DNA of 64,000 nucleotides from Candidatus Omnitrophica bacterium UBA6215 (GTDB lineage: Bacteria; Omnitrophota; Gorgyraeia; Pluralincolimonadales; Pluralincolimonadaceae): contig DISH01000006.1 in assembly GCA_002421665.1 (NCBI GenBank), positions 153,784-217,783 of the forward strand, in the 5' to 3' direction. Positions 37,432 through 47,765 of this stretch are shown piece after piece. The stretch's first letter is position 1, and each line of letters starts with the position of its first letter. Both the position numbers and the translations under genes were made by a program. Under the pieces are notes generated by a model. The model did no database searches. It saw only the letters and a program-made list of their open reading frames with translations, and was not told the DNA's origin.

Positions 37432-38724
37432 TCAATCTTGGCAAGAGGTTACGAGTTCCAGGTGTTTCAGGAAATCCGGATAGGACTTTGCTATACAGTC
37501 CGTATCGTCTACAATCATCTCTCCGTTCGCGGCCAATCCCGCTATTATCATCGACATGGCGGTCCTATGGTCGCCGAAGCTCATCGCCGTGATCCCTTTC
37601 AAGCCACCGGAGCCTTCTATGACTATATCATCCCCGTTTATCAGGAATCTGGCACCCATATTCTTAAGATTGGCGGCCATTGAACTTATCCTGTCGGTCT
37701 CCTTGACCTTAAGTTCCTGCGCGCCCTTAATGACCGTAGTGCCTTCGGCAAAAGAAGCGGCTACCATCAATATAGGCAGCTCGTCTATCGTCCTCGGTAT
37801 AAGGTCATCCTCCACCGTAACTGCACGCAACCGCGCGCTTTCGACTATTATATCACCGACAGGTTCAGACGCAACATCCCTGATATTCTCTATCCTGATA
37901 TTAGCGCCCATCTGCTTCAGGATATCTATGATCCCTGACCTTGTCGGATTTATCCCGACGGAAACCAGCCTTAAAGAAGACCCTTTCACTAATGAAGCGC
38001 CCACGATAAAGAAAGCCGCGCTCGATATGTCTCCCGGAACATCTATCTTCTGGCCCCTCAGGAAAGCGCCCCCTTCTACGGAGACCTTTGACCCGTCGAC
38101 AGATACGCAGGCTCCAAAAGCCTCTAGCATACGTTCCGTATGGTCCCTCGACTTGTAAGGTTCCGTCACGGAGGTCTTGCCGTCGGCATAAAGACCCGCC
38201 AGCAATACAGCCGATTTTACCTGCGCGCTGGATATCCGTGATACATAATCTATGGGATTGAGCTTTCCGCCGTGTACGGTTATAGGCGCGTAGTTGGCAT
38301 CGTCCCTGCCCTCGAACGAGGCACCCATAAGCCTAAGCGGTTCCGTCACCCTCTTCATCGGCCTATTCGACAGACCATTTCCGGCCGAAAGAACAGTGCT
38401 GAAATCCTGTCCGGCAAGTATCCCCATCAACAGCCGCATCGAGGTGCCGGAATCGCGCATAAAAAGAGGGTTATCGGGCCTTTTAAGGCCTGATAACCCT
38501 TTTCCGCTAACGGTCACTTCACCGGAAGTTTCTTTAATATCGATACCCATGGCCATTAAAGCTTCGGTGGTAGTAAGGGTATCGTCCGAATGAAGTATAT
38601 TCTTTATTACGCTCGTGCCGGCGGCAAGCGAGGCGATTATCAATGCCCTGTGGGAGATAGATTTATCGCCCGGCAGGATAAGACTACCCGTGAACCTCTT
38701 TACAGGTCTGGCCGAGAATCCCAA
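37432..38724 (-). CDS. aroA: 3-phosphoshikimate 1-carboxyvinyltransferase (EPSP synthase)
   Basis: LPGDKSISHRALIIASLAAG is the typical N-terminus. 430 aa. Confidence 0.9.
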   Translation of the reverse strand: MGFSARPVKRFTGSLILPGDKSISHRALIIASLAAGTSVIKNILHSDDTLTTTEALMAMGIDIKETSGEVTVSGKGLSGLKRPDNPLFMRDSGTSMRLLMGILAGQDFSTVLSAGNGLSNRPMKRVTEPLRLMGASFEGRDDANYAPITVHGGKLNPIDYVSRISSAQVKSAVLLAGLYADGKTSVTEPYKSRDHTERMLEAFGACVSVDGSKVSVEGGAFLRGQKIDVPGDISSAAFFIVGASLVKGSSLRLVSVGINPTRSGIIDILKQMGANIRIENIRDVASEPVGDIIVESARLRAVTVEDDLIPRTIDELPILMVAASFAEGTTVIKGAQELKVKETDRISSMAANLKNMGARFLINGDDIVIEGSGGLKGITAMSFGDHRTAMSMIIAGLAANGEMIVDDTDCIAKSYPDFLKHLELVTSCQD

Positions 38725-38725
38725 A

Positions 38726-39493
38726 TTACATAGCTTTCGCTATATCGCCTTCCCTGATGTCTGTGCCTTCGGTTATGTTGGCGGCGGACATCGTCTCATA
38801 GACCTTCTCCACCTGCGCCTTGGCTATGAGCTTACCGTCCCTGAATACGCCGAATACGACACCCGGGCTGATGCCTTTATTGTTTCCGGCAGCGACTACT
38901 ATAAAATTAAATTCCTTGTTGACCACGAGGACCTTGCCTTCAGCATCGACACCGGGTTTGACAACGATCTTATCAAGCTCGACTTCTTTCTTGGCCTGGA
39001 GATCCTCGACCTGCCTCCTTAAATTATCATTGTCGGATGATACCGCCTTAAGCTGGTCCTGGAGGGAACTGAATTCCTTGAATATCTTGTCATACTGCTC
39101 CTGCAAGGAAGTGCGCGAAATCTTTTCGCTCTCCCAATTGGTCTTTGTCTCGTCAAGCTCCCTGCTCTTGCTGCTGAGCTGGTCCTCCGCGTCTTCCCTG
39201 GCTTTCTTCTCGTCGGCCAGCATTGCGGCGAGCTTCTCAGCCTTATCCTGTAAAGCCGAAACCTTCCCTTTCATGTCTGCCAATTGGGCCTCAAGATCCA
39301 ACTTGGTCTTCTTCTGTTCGCTGAGTTCTTTATCTAAGGCCGCCTTTTCATCTTTAAGGCTATTGAGGGTGTTTTCGGTAGTAAGACGTTCTGAGTTCGC
39401 TTTTTGCAAACCGGTAAAAGATACCGCGGCAAAAATACCCAATCCAAGGCACAATAAAACCAAGATTATTATTACAAGCCGGAACGATTTCAT
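38726..39493 (-). CDS. Membrane-anchored coiled-coil protein with C-terminal small beta domain (unknown)
   Basis: N-terminal TM (LVIIILVLLCLGLGIFAAV). ~170 aa of E/K/Q/L-rich heptads. C-terminal GKVLVVNKEFNFIVVAAGNNKGISPGVVFGVFRDGKLIAKAQVEKV. Confidence 0.5.
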   Translation of the reverse strand: MKSFRLVIIILVLLCLGLGIFAAVSFTGLQKANSERLTTENTLNSLKDEKAALDKELSEQKKTKLDLEAQLADMKGKVSALQDKAEKLAAMLADEKKAREDAEDQLSSKSRELDETKTNWESEKISRTSLQEQYDKIFKEFSSLQDQLKAVSSDNDNLRRQVEDLQAKKEVELDKIVVKPGVDAEGKVLVVNKEFNFIVVAAGNNKGISPGVVFGVFRDGKLIAKAQVEKVYETMSAANITEGTDIREGDIAKAM

Positions 39494-39565
39494 TTGTTCC
39501 TCCTTTTATTTGGCTTTACTTATTGACCGGGGATTATTATATCTTACGTGAGACCGGCAATGCAA

Positions 39566-39603
39566 GAAAAAAATACTCCCTTGCGCCAATCCGCAAAGGA
39601 GTA
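39566..39603 (-). terminator. Strong rho-independent terminator after small membrane-protein gene
   Basis: Minus-strand RNA: uacuccuuugcg-gauugg-cgcaagggagua followed by uuuuuuuc. The stem is 12 bp including one G-U. Confidence 0.65.
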
Positions 39604-39636
39604 TTAAACAAATACCAAGTTATAAGAACTCTCCCT

Positions 39637-39855
39637 TTATGCCACCAACAGCACGGTAAGCATGCCAAACGCCATTAACGAAACACCGACAACGCCAAAA
39701 CACGTCGTGTACACTTTTTCGTTGATACTCGAACTAGCATTGCCCTTATAAAGGCCTGCGGCCCAACTTGCGGCGGAATTCCTGAAAGCAACCGAATAAA
39801 GGCCTATAATTACTACGGCTAAAGCCATCACTAAACTCAAGATAGCGTTTGACAT
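39637..39855 (-). CDS. Small two-TM membrane protein (72 aa), monocistronic
   Basis: SD ggagg 7 nt upstream. Two hydrophobic helices (ILSLVMALAVVIIGLYSVAF and CFGVVGVSLMAFGMLTVLLVA). Flanked by its own promoter and terminator. Confidence 0.5.
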   Translation of the reverse strand: MSNAILSLVMALAVVIIGLYSVAFRNSAASWAAGLYKGNASSSINEKVYTTCFGVVGVSLMAFGMLTVLLVA

Positions 39856-39910
39856 CTGGCGCCTCCGATTTTACCTGTTTTCTTGCCCACTTGGGCATCT
39901 ACAGGAACTA

Positions 39911-39939
39911 TATATACACTATTAAAAAGGTTTTGTCAA
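39911..39939 (-). promoter_or_regulatory. Sigma70 promoter for small membrane-protein gene
   Basis: TTGACA, 17 nt, TATATA. Located inside the 3' end of rluD. Confidence 0.5.
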
Positions 39940-40851
39940 GAGTAAAATATTGCTGTAAGAAGGGCCTATTATGTTCTTCATATCGGAGGGTAAACCGGCA
40001 TAAAATTCCATCTCTTTGCCGGTCGCCGGGTGGCGCAACCTGAGGTAATATGAGTGCAAGGCCTGCCTGGAGAATTTCCCTTTTGACCCGTACTTTTCAT
40101 CGCCCAGGACAGGGTGCCCTATATATGACATATGGACCCTTATCTGGTGGGTCCGGCCGGTCTTAAGGTCCAGCATGACGAGCGTAAAACCATCAAACCT
40201 CTTGATTACTCTGTACTCGGTAACCGCCCCTCTCTGCGAGTCGTGCCTGACAGACATCTTCTGGCGGTTGCTCGGGTGCCTTCCGATCGGCAGGTCGATG
40301 ATCCCGCTATCCGTCTCTACGATACCTTTCACCAGGGCCAGGTAATTCTTCTTCACTTCCCTGGACTTGAATTGCCTGGCAAGTTCAGCGTGGCTCCTGT
40401 TATTCTTTGCCACGACTATGACGCCCGAGGTATCCTTATCCAGCCTGTGGACCAACCCGGGCCGGCCCTCGCTGATATCGGACAAATTACCGCTATGGTT
40501 CAACAGCGCGTTAACCAGGGTCCCGGACCTTATGCCCGCGCCCGGGTGGACCGCTATACCCGGCTGTTTGTTGACCACTATTATATCATCATCTTCATAT
40601 ATTATATCCAGGTCTATGTTCTCGGGCACTATCCCCGAAGGAACGGTCTCTTCAGATATGACTTCTATCTTTTCACCGGGTTTGACCTTATGGTTGGGTT
40701 TTGCCGCCTGGCCGTCGACAAACACAAGACCTTTTTCCATCAGTTTCTTGATATGGGATCTTGTGACCGGGACAGGGTATACTGCAGCCAGATATTGGTC
40801 CAGTCTCGAGGGAATGGCGTCCTCTTTTACTTCGAAGGTATAAGTTTCCAT
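39922..40851 (-). CDS. rluD: RluA-family 23S rRNA pseudouridine synthase (RluD-like)
   Basis: S4 domain plus catalytic HRLDKDTSGV motif. Start set at METYTFEV (ATG 40851..40849). The longer ORF would run through lgt. Confidence 0.8.
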   Translation of the reverse strand: METYTFEVKEDAIPSRLDQYLAAVYPVPVTRSHIKKLMEKGLVFVDGQAAKPNHKVKPGEKIEVISEETVPSGIVPENIDLDIIYEDDDIIVVNKQPGIAVHPGAGIRSGTLVNALLNHSGNLSDISEGRPGLVHRLDKDTSGVIVVAKNNRSHAELARQFKSREVKKNYLALVKGIVETDSGIIDLPIGRHPSNRQKMSVRHDSQRGAVTEYRVIKRFDGFTLVMLDLKTGRTHQIRVHMSYIGHPVLGDEKYGSKGKFSRQALHSYYLRLRHPATGKEMEFYAGLPSDMKNIIGPSYSNILLLTKPF

Positions 40852-41549
40852 GCTATTGCGGATATGATAAATATCAGCATCGATATTACCTGCGATACGG
40901 TCAACCCGGCCAAAAATACGGGATTGTCCCCGCGGAAGAATTCTATCAAGAACCTGAAAACTGAATAGCCAAGCAGATATAGCAGCATCGTCCTGCCGTT
41001 CGAAGGCTTGCGTCCCCTGAGAACGAGAAAAAGCGCGAACATGGCCGCAGATTCTATCAATTGCGTAGGAATGACTTTGACTTCCATCCCGGGGAAAGTG
41101 ACGCCTATGGGAAGGTCCGTGGGTTTTCCGTAACAGCAACCATTCAGAAAACATCCTATACGTCCTATCGCCTGCCCCAAAGCTACGAAAGGAGCTATAA
41201 GATCGCACGTCTTCAATACGGGCATCTTGTTGATCTTAAGGAAGACTATTGCACATATAACGGCAAGGATAAGCCCCCCGTACCAGACAAGTCCCCCTTC
41301 CCACAATTTGAAAATATCTGCAGGACGGATAAGGTACTCTTTGAGGTTGAGAAGGACAAATAAAATGCGGCCTCCGGCGATGCCGCTTATGATAAGCAAT
41401 ACTGAGAGGTCGAGGATCTTATCGCCGTCCATTCCGGCCGATATTGATTTCTTTCTGGCGAGATATGATGCCAGCAGGAAGGCCGTTGCGAGCGCAACAC
41501 CATAAGAAAATACTTTGAACGGCCCTATCTCAAACAGGACGGGATACAT
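40827..41549 (-). CDS. lgt: Prolipoprotein diacylglyceryl transferase
   Basis: FEIGPFKVFSYGVALATAF...GGRILFVL...IGRIGCFLNGCCYGKPT is the Lgt signature. Confidence 0.85.
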   Translation of the reverse strand: MYPVLFEIGPFKVFSYGVALATAFLLASYLARKKSISAGMDGDKILDLSVLLIISGIAGGRILFVLLNLKEYLIRPADIFKLWEGGLVWYGGLILAVICAIVFLKINKMPVLKTCDLIAPFVALGQAIGRIGCFLNGCCYGKPTDLPIGVTFPGMEVKVIPTQLIESAAMFALFLVLRGRKPSNGRTMLLYLLGYSVFRFLIEFFRGDNPVFLAGLTVSQVISMLIFIISAIAWKLIPSK

Positions 41550-41970
41550 CTTTTTTCCTTAATATGACGAAAAACAATATGAAGGAACCGACGGTTATGC
41601 AGGAATCGGCCACGTTGAACACCGGCCACCAATGGAGATCTATGAAATCCACTACGTACCCGAACCGAAGCCTGTCTATAAGGTTACCGCATGCGCCTCC
41701 CAGTATCAGGGCGAACGGCAGGTATAGACCGGGGGTTTTCTTTGTCAGGTAAAATACGATAAAAATAATAGCTATGACAGATACCGATACCAGTATAAAG
41801 GTCTGGCTCTTGAATAACCCGAAGGAAGCACCCGTATTCTCAACCAGGCTGAAACTTAAGAGGTTCCCCAATACCGGCACCGATTCTTCCGGCCGTAATT
41901 TTGCCGCCGCTAAAGCCTTCGTAACCTGATCGGCGACAACGACCAATCCGGCAACGATAAAGGGAAACAT
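41530..41970 (-). CDS. lspA: Lipoprotein signal peptidase II
   Basis: MFPFIVAGLVVVADQVTK...NTGASFGLF...WPVFNVADSCI. The ATG overlaps the TGA of the upstream gene (ATGA). Confidence 0.8.
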   Translation of the reverse strand: MFPFIVAGLVVVADQVTKALAAAKLRPEESVPVLGNLLSFSLVENTGASFGLFKSQTFILVSVSVIAIIFIVFYLTKKTPGLYLPFALILGGACGNLIDRLRFGYVVDFIDLHWWPVFNVADSCITVGSFILFFVILRKKDVSRPV

Positions 41971-42365
41971 CAGATTATCTTCTTCTGCGGGTCCTCTTTG
42001 GACTGGCAATCCAGGCAAAGGCTCGCGAAAGGCATGGCCATAAGACGCTGCTTCGCTATAGGTTTATCGCACTTAAGGCAGACACCGTACGTCTTGTCTT
42101 CTATCCGCTTAAGGGCCTCCTCTATGGCATATAGCATCTTCTGTTGGACATTAGTGGCTATCCCGAGCGAAAACTCCCTGTCGAAACTGTCGGTAGCGAC
42201 ATCCGCCATATGGAACGTGTATGCCGAAAGGTCCCCGGAGGCATCCCTCTGCGACCTGTTGAGGGAATCTTTTTCGACACCGTTGATCTCTTTGAGTATC
42301 TCCTCTTTTTTCTTGAGGAGCATCTTCTTGAATTTTTCCAGTTCAGCTTTATCCCATTTTATCAT
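41970..42365 (-). CDS. DksA/TraR-family C4 zinc-finger protein
   Basis: N-terminal coiled coil plus CLKCDKPI...CLDCQ. Confidence 0.75.
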   Translation of the reverse strand: MIKWDKAELEKFKKMLLKKKEEILKEINGVEKDSLNRSQRDASGDLSAYTFHMADVATDSFDREFSLGIATNVQQKMLYAIEEALKRIEDKTYGVCLKCDKPIAKQRLMAMPFASLCLDCQSKEDPQKKII

Positions 42366-42371
42366 CTCGGA

Positions 42372-45149
42372 TCATTCTCCTTTCAGGACACCTGAGCAAC
42401 GCCTGCACAGGGTTGGATGGTCCGCGTCGCTGCCTACCTCGTTTGAATAAGTCCAGCAGCGGCCGCATTTCGCTCCGGAGGCCTTTTCTACCAATATGCC
42501 AAGGCCCTCGGACTCAACAAGGCCCGCCTTTCCAGAAAATCCGCCCGGGGCATCCTCTATTGAAAAACCGGAAAGCAGGAAAACCCCCGCCAGTTCCTTT
42601 GCGAAGCCGTGAAGATATTTGTATCTTTGCACATCCTTTATGTAGATAGTAACAGACGCTTCCATGGAGTCGCCGATAACACCCTTGGCCCTTTGCTCTT
42701 CTATCGCCTTCATTATAACAGGTCTGAGCACGAAGAGGTCTTCCCACCTCTTCTCGAGAGCCTTGTCGATGTATCCTTCCCGCGCTTCGGGCCATAATGA
42801 AGAATGTACGCTCGGCGAAGGATCGTCCCTTTTAAGTTTCTGCCAGATCTCTTCTGCCGTAAACGGCGCGATCGGCGCCAGTGTTTTAGCAAGCACCATG
42901 ACTATCTCATAGATCGCGGTCTGCGTAGACCGTCTTTCCTTCGAGTTCGGCGCATAAGTATACAACCTATCTTTTGAAACGTCAAGATAAAAACTGGAAA
43001 GTTCCACTGTGCAGAAGTTATACAGCGCCCTAAAGACCTTGTGGAACTCAAAGGTATCATAATAGCCTGCCATTTCCGCGGCCAGCGAATAAGCCTTGGA
43101 TATCGCCCATTTATCTATCTCCAAAAGGTCCTTGTGACCAAGCCTGTCCTTCGCCGGGTCATAGTCGAATAGGTTGCCCAATATGAACCGCGCGGTGTTC
43201 CTTATCTTGCGGTAGGCTTCCGAGGTCCTTTCAAGTATTTCTTTTGATATCCTGATATCCTCATAATAGTCGCATGAGGCCACCCACATTCTCAGGACGT
43301 CGGCGCCATGCGTCTTTATTACGTCCTGCGGGGAGATCACGTTGCCCAGGGATTTGGACATCTTCCTGCCTTCCCCGTCCATCACGAACCCGTGGGTCAG
43401 GACCGATTCAAAAGGCGGGCGTTTCTCTATCGGCATAGAGGTAAGAAGAGAGGCCTGGAACCACCCGCGATGCTGGTCGCTTCCCTCGAGATACAGGTCT
43501 GCCGGGAACTTGAGCTTTTCCCTTGCCCTTAAAACCGACTGGTGGCTGACACCGGAATCAAACCATACGTCGAGGATGTCCTCTTCTTTCCTGAACTGTT
43601 TACCTTTGCATGAAGGACAGGAAAAACCGGCAGGAAGAAGCTCTGCGGCGGACCTGGAGAACCAGGCGTTGGAACCCTCTTTTTCCATTATTGAGGCTAT
43701 CCCTTCGATGACTTTCGCATCCAGCACGGTCTTCTTGCATGATTCGCAATAGAATGCCGGTATCGGGACACCCCAATACCTTTGACGCGAAAGACACCAG
43801 TCTGGACGGTTCTGTATCATGGCCGATATCCTGTTCTCTCCGACCGACGGGACCCATTTTACTTTTTTTATCTCCTCGAGGGTATTCTTCCTTAGGTCCT
43901 TATGGTCGACGCCTATAAACCACTGGACGGTCGCCCTGAAGATAACGGGTTCTTTGCACCTCCAGCAATGGGGATAGGAATGGGATATAGACCCGGAATT
44001 AAGCAGGCTGCCGCCGGTCTTCAGCCTTTCGATTATAGCATCATTGGCTTTGAAGACATGCATACCCTTGAAATCTCCCGCGGTCTCATCGAATATACCT
44101 TTCTCGTTGACGGGCATAAGCGTCGGAAGGCCGTACTTCTGGCCGGTAAGGTAGTCATCCATGCCGTGGCCGGGCGCGGTATGCACGCATCCGGAACCGT
44201 CCTCGCCGGAAACATAATCGGCCAGAACTACCTTGCCCTCCCTGTTTATGAAAGGATGCTTATATACAAAGCCCTCGAGCTCCCTTCCCTTGACGGTCGA
44301 AATTATTTTATAATCCTTGAACCCTGATCTTCCGGCCACGTATTCCAACAGGTCGCGGGCAAGTATATAACGCTCCCCCGATGCCTCTATGGTCACATAA
44401 TCGAGCGACGGGTTCACGGCAACGGCCACGTTAGCCACAAGCGTCCACGGTGTCGTGGTCCAGATCACAAGCGAAAGCTTTCCGTCGCCGGCCTTGTCCC
44501 CGGCAACCGCGAACTTTACGAATATAGACGGCGAAGCGTGGTCCGCGTATTCCACCTCGGCCTCGGCCAGGGCCGTCTCGCAACGCAGGCACCAGTTAAC
44601 CGGCTTTACGCCCTTATATATATAACCGCCTTCCGCCATCTTAGCAAAAGAACGGACTATGCCGGCAACGTAGCCGTTATCAAGCGTAAGATAAGGGTCA
44701 TCCCACTCCCCGAATACGCCAAGGCGCTTGAATTGCTCCTTTTGGATCGAAACATATTTAAGGGCGTAATCAGCAGCCTTCTTCCTGAACTCAACCCTGT
44801 CTATCTGGCCCTTGGAGATCTTAAGTTCCTTCAGCAAGGCATGCTCAACCGGGAGGCCGTGGCAATCCCAGCCGGGAACATACGGAGAATCAAAACCCTT
44901 CATCGTCTTGTACTTGACGACTATATCCTTGAGGGTCTTATCAAGAGCGTGCCCGATATGGATGTTTCCGTTCGCGTAAGGCGGTCCGTCATGGAGTATA
45001 TACTTCGGCGCGCCGGTGCGCTTTTCCCTTATCCCGGAGTAAGTACCGCTCTCCTCCCAGAATTTAAGCATCTCGGGTTCCCTCCTGGGGAGGTCGGCCT
45101 TCATGGGAAAATCGGTCTTCGGTAAGTTTAAAGTATCTTTGTAATTCAT
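42372..45149 (-). CDS. ileS: Isoleucyl-tRNA synthetase
   Basis: [14 protein letters not shown] (HIGH). KMSKSLGN. C-terminal zinc-binding CRRC. Start set at [12 protein letters not shown]. Confidence 0.9.
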   Translation of the reverse strand: MNYKDTLNLPKTDFPMKADLPRREPEMLKFWEESGTYSGIREKRTGAPKYILHDGPPYANGNIHIGHALDKTLKDIVVKYKTMKGFDSPYVPGWDCHGLPVEHALLKELKISKGQIDRVEFRKKAADYALKYVSIQKEQFKRLGVFGEWDDPYLTLDNGYVAGIVRSFAKMAEGGYIYKGVKPVNWCLRCETALAEAEVEYADHASPSIFVKFAVAGDKAGDGKLSLVIWTTTPWTLVANVAVAVNPSLDYVTIEASGERYILARDLLEYVAGRSGFKDYKIISTVKGRELEGFVYKHPFINREGKVVLADYVSGEDGSGCVHTAPGHGMDDYLTGQKYGLPTLMPVNEKGIFDETAGDFKGMHVFKANDAIIERLKTGGSLLNSGSISHSYPHCWRCKEPVIFRATVQWFIGVDHKDLRKNTLEEIKKVKWVPSVGENRISAMIQNRPDWCLSRQRYWGVPIPAFYCESCKKTVLDAKVIEGIASIMEKEGSNAWFSRSAAELLPAGFSCPSCKGKQFRKEEDILDVWFDSGVSHQSVLRAREKLKFPADLYLEGSDQHRGWFQASLLTSMPIEKRPPFESVLTHGFVMDGEGRKMSKSLGNVISPQDVIKTHGADVLRMWVASCDYYEDIRISKEILERTSEAYRKIRNTARFILGNLFDYDPAKDRLGHKDLLEIDKWAISKAYSLAAEMAGYYDTFEFHKVFRALYNFCTVELSSFYLDVSKDRLYTYAPNSKERRSTQTAIYEIVMVLAKTLAPIAPFTAEEIWQKLKRDDPSPSVHSSLWPEAREGYIDKALEKRWEDLFVLRPVIMKAIEEQRAKGVIGDSMEASVTIYIKDVQRYKYLHGFAKELAGVFLLSGFSIEDAPGGFSGKAGLVESEGLGILVEKASGAKCGRCWTYSNEVGSDADHPTLCRRCSGVLKGE

Positions 45150-45973
45150 ATTCTCTCTATAAGTGTGTATATCAATTTTGTCAGTTTCGGTTCGGCCTCG
45201 TTGGCCGCCCTTATTATCTCGTCTATGTTGCATGGTTTAAGCGTCTCGGGAAGGCATACATCGGTTATGACGCTTATACCGAATATCCTCAGGCCCGCGT
45301 GCCTTGCCACGATAACCTCCGGCACGGTAGACATGCCGACGGCATCCGCACCTATGATCTGGAACAACTTGTATTCCGCCCTCGTTTCCAGGTTCGGGCC
45401 GGTAACCCCGACGTAAACTCCTTTATGCAAATTCAATCCTTCCTCTTTCGCTATTGTGCCGGCAAGCTCTACCAGTTTCGGATCATAGAGGTCGCAAAAA
45501 TCCGGGAACCTCGGCCCGAGCGAATCGTCGTTTGGACCCATAAGGGGATTGACCCCCATGAAATTTATATGGTCGGCTATAGCCATGAGGTCGCCTGCCT
45601 TGAACCTTGGGTTCATACCGCCTGCCGCGTTCGATACGACAAGCGTACCTGCGCCCAGAGCCTTCACCACCCTGACCGGGTAAGTCACTTCATCGAGGCT
45701 GTATCCCTCGTAATAGTGGAGCCTGCCTTCCATCGCCACGATGTTCTTGTTTCCGATCCTGCCGAATACAAGCTCACCTTTATGGCTCTTTACGGTCGAA
45801 ACTGGGAAATGCGGTATTTTCCAGTATTCAATATTCCTTCTGTCCTCTATCTTCCCGGTAAGGTTACCTAAACCCGTCCCGAGTATTATGGCTATATCGG
45901 GCTTTGGCATATGCCCGAGTTCATCTTTTATGAATTTTGTGGTTTCGTTTATCTTATTCTTGAGTTCATGCAT
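45146..45973 (-). CDS. Purine nucleoside phosphorylase (PNP/XapA/PunA trimeric family)
   Basis: 275 aa. [10 protein letters not shown] and VSNAAGG motifs. Confidence 0.8.
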   Translation of the reverse strand: MHELKNKINETTKFIKDELGHMPKPDIAIILGTGLGNLTGKIEDRRNIEYWKIPHFPVSTVKSHKGELVFGRIGNKNIVAMEGRLHYYEGYSLDEVTYPVRVVKALGAGTLVVSNAAGGMNPRFKAGDLMAIADHINFMGVNPLMGPNDDSLGPRFPDFCDLYDPKLVELAGTIAKEEGLNLHKGVYVGVTGPNLETRAEYKLFQIIGADAVGMSTVPEVIVARHAGLRIFGISVITDVCLPETLKPCNIDEIIRAANEAEPKLTKLIYTLIERI

Positions 45974-45985
45974 ATCGCCTCCGTT

Positions 45986-46285
45986 TCATCGCATGCGCAT
46001 CGCCAGTTCCATCAAAGTAGGGACCAAGAAATATTTCTGTATAGAATATATCAGTATCACCGCTATGGCCGGAGATATATCTATAGGGCCGAGCGGAGGC
46101 ATAAATTTCCTGAAAGGCGCAAGCACCGGATCGGTTGCCCTGTTAAGGAACTGCACCAGCGGGTGGAACGGGTCCGGGCTCACCCAGCTCATTACGGCAC
46201 GCAATATTATCAGGAAACACAATATCTGCATGAATATCTCCACCAGCCGCGCCGCCATGATTATAAGGTTGCTTAGCGCAAACAT
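45986..46285 (-). CDS. yggT: YggT-family membrane protein
   Basis: 99 aa. VMSWVSP...DPVLAPFRKF. Confidence 0.7.
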   Translation of the reverse strand: MFALSNLIIMAARLVEIFMQILCFLIILRAVMSWVSPDPFHPLVQFLNRATDPVLAPFRKFMPPLGPIDISPAIAVILIYSIQKYFLVPTLMELAMRMR

Positions 46286-46287
46286 AT

Positions 46288-47106
46288 TTAATCCCCCGAT
46301 AATTCCTTTGATCTCCTGGCCGCGGCGATCACGGCTTTCTCGACTATGCGCTTGAACGAGGCTTTATCGAAGACCTTTATGGCCTCTTCCGTAGTCCCGC
46401 CTTTTGACGTTACGCGCTGGCGCAGTATCCCGGGCTCATGCCCCGTTTCGATAAGCAGCTTCGCTGCGCCCAATGCCGTCTTGGATACGAGCGCCTTCGC
46501 TACGTCCTTGCCCATACCCATCTTGACAGCCGCCTCTATCAATGCTTCTTTAAGATAAAAGAAGTAGGCCGGGCCGCTGCCCGATATCGCCGTAACAAGG
46601 TCGAAATACTTCTCTTCCATCACTACGGTCGCCCCGATGCTGGAAAAGATCTCTTCCGCCGTCTTGAGGTCCGCCGCCGAAGCGTGCCTGCCCCTGCAAA
46701 CCGCGGTAATGCCCGCGCCCACCAGAGCAGGAGTATTGGGCATCACCCTGACCACCCTTGTTTTTGCGCCGATCGCTTTTTCGATATACCGCGTTTTAAT
46801 ACCCGCTGCGATTGATATAACCAGCTTGCCGGACACATTACCGGAAAGTTCGCCGGCAAGCTCGTCAAAATTCTGAGGTTTTACCGCAATTATGACAATG
46901 TCGCAAGACCCGGCGAGATCTGTTACCGAAGGATAAATGGGGACACCCAGCGGCTTTCCGGCTGAACGGGCCTTGCCGGTATCGCAGTCGTATCCCCCAA
47001 GCATGCGCTTGCCGGCGCCTGCCGACCTTGCGAGACCACGCAGAATTGCATGGCCCATATTACCTAACCCTATTATCCCGACTTTCTTATGCTTCAAATA
47101 TCGCAT
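46288..47106 (-). CDS. proC: Pyrroline-5-carboxylate reductase
   Basis: VGIIGLGNMGHAILRGL Rossmann motif. P5CR C-terminal dimerisation domain. Confidence 0.85.
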   Translation of the reverse strand: MRYLKHKKVGIIGLGNMGHAILRGLARSAGAGKRMLGGYDCDTGKARSAGKPLGVPIYPSVTDLAGSCDIVIIAVKPQNFDELAGELSGNVSGKLVISIAAGIKTRYIEKAIGAKTRVVRVMPNTPALVGAGITAVCRGRHASAADLKTAEEIFSSIGATVVMEEKYFDLVTAISGSGPAYFFYLKEALIEAAVKMGMGKDVAKALVSKTALGAAKLLIETGHEPGILRQRVTSKGGTTEEAIKVFDKASFKRIVEKAVIAAARRSKELSGD

Positions 47107-47764
47107 GGCCTATCCTTAGGATATTGGCACCTTCCTCTATTGCTACCTCAAAATCCTGGGTCATGCCCATCGAGAGGTATTCCATTTTCACATTGCGCAT
47201 GGTCTTGGCCGATATAAGCGACGCTAATTTCCTCAACCTGTGAAAATACGGCCTCGATGTCTCGGGGTCATTGGTAAAAGGCGCCATCGTCATCAAGCCG
47301 CATACCCTGATGGATTTCAGCTCTGATATCTTCTCTATCAACTGGAGCGTATGCTCGGGAAGCACGCCGAATTTCGTGGCTTCTTCGGAGGTCTTTACTT
47401 CTATAAGGACCTTCTTGGGCGCCTTAAGGGCCGCGGACCTCTTTGATATCTCTTCCGCAAGCTTGAAAGAATCGACGGAATGGATCAGGTCGAATATCTT
47501 CACGGCTTCTTTTACCTTATTGGTCTGAAGATGTCCCACGAGATGCCATTTCGCGCGATGGCCTATGCCAGCGTATTTTATCTCGGCTGCCTGGATATAA
47601 CTCTCGCCTATATCGGTAGCCCCGGCTGAAATGGCTTCTTCTATCTGCGGGACCCCTACGGCCTTGGTCACACATACAAGTATTATATCCCTGTCGTTCC
47701 TTCCGACCTTCTCCGCCGCCTTGAGTATGCGTTCACGAACCTTTTTCAGGTTATCCTGTACCAT
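47087..47764 (-). CDS. yggS: YggS/PLPHP pyridoxal-phosphate homeostasis protein
   Basis: LVCVTKAV...HLVGHLQTNK. Start set at MVQDNLKKV (ATG 47764..47762), 1 nt after the ftsA stop. Confidence 0.8.
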   Translation of the reverse strand: MVQDNLKKVRERILKAAEKVGRNDRDIILVCVTKAVGVPQIEEAISAGATDIGESYIQAAEIKYAGIGHRAKWHLVGHLQTNKVKEAVKIFDLIHSVDSFKLAEEISKRSAALKAPKKVLIEVKTSEEATKFGVLPEHTLQLIEKISELKSIRVCGLMTMAPFTNDPETSRPYFHRLRKLASLISAKTMRNVKMEYLSMGMTQDFEVAIEEGANILRIGHAIFEA

Positions 47765-47765
47765 A

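Noticed and set aside
40852-41208. N-terminal 119-codon extension of the rluD ORF
   Set aside because: It would overlap almost half of lgt in another frame. The conserved RluD S4 domain begins at METYTFEV.
45150-45233. 28-codon N-terminal extension of ileS
   Set aside because: It overlaps the PNP gene. IleS homology begins at [12 protein letters not shown].
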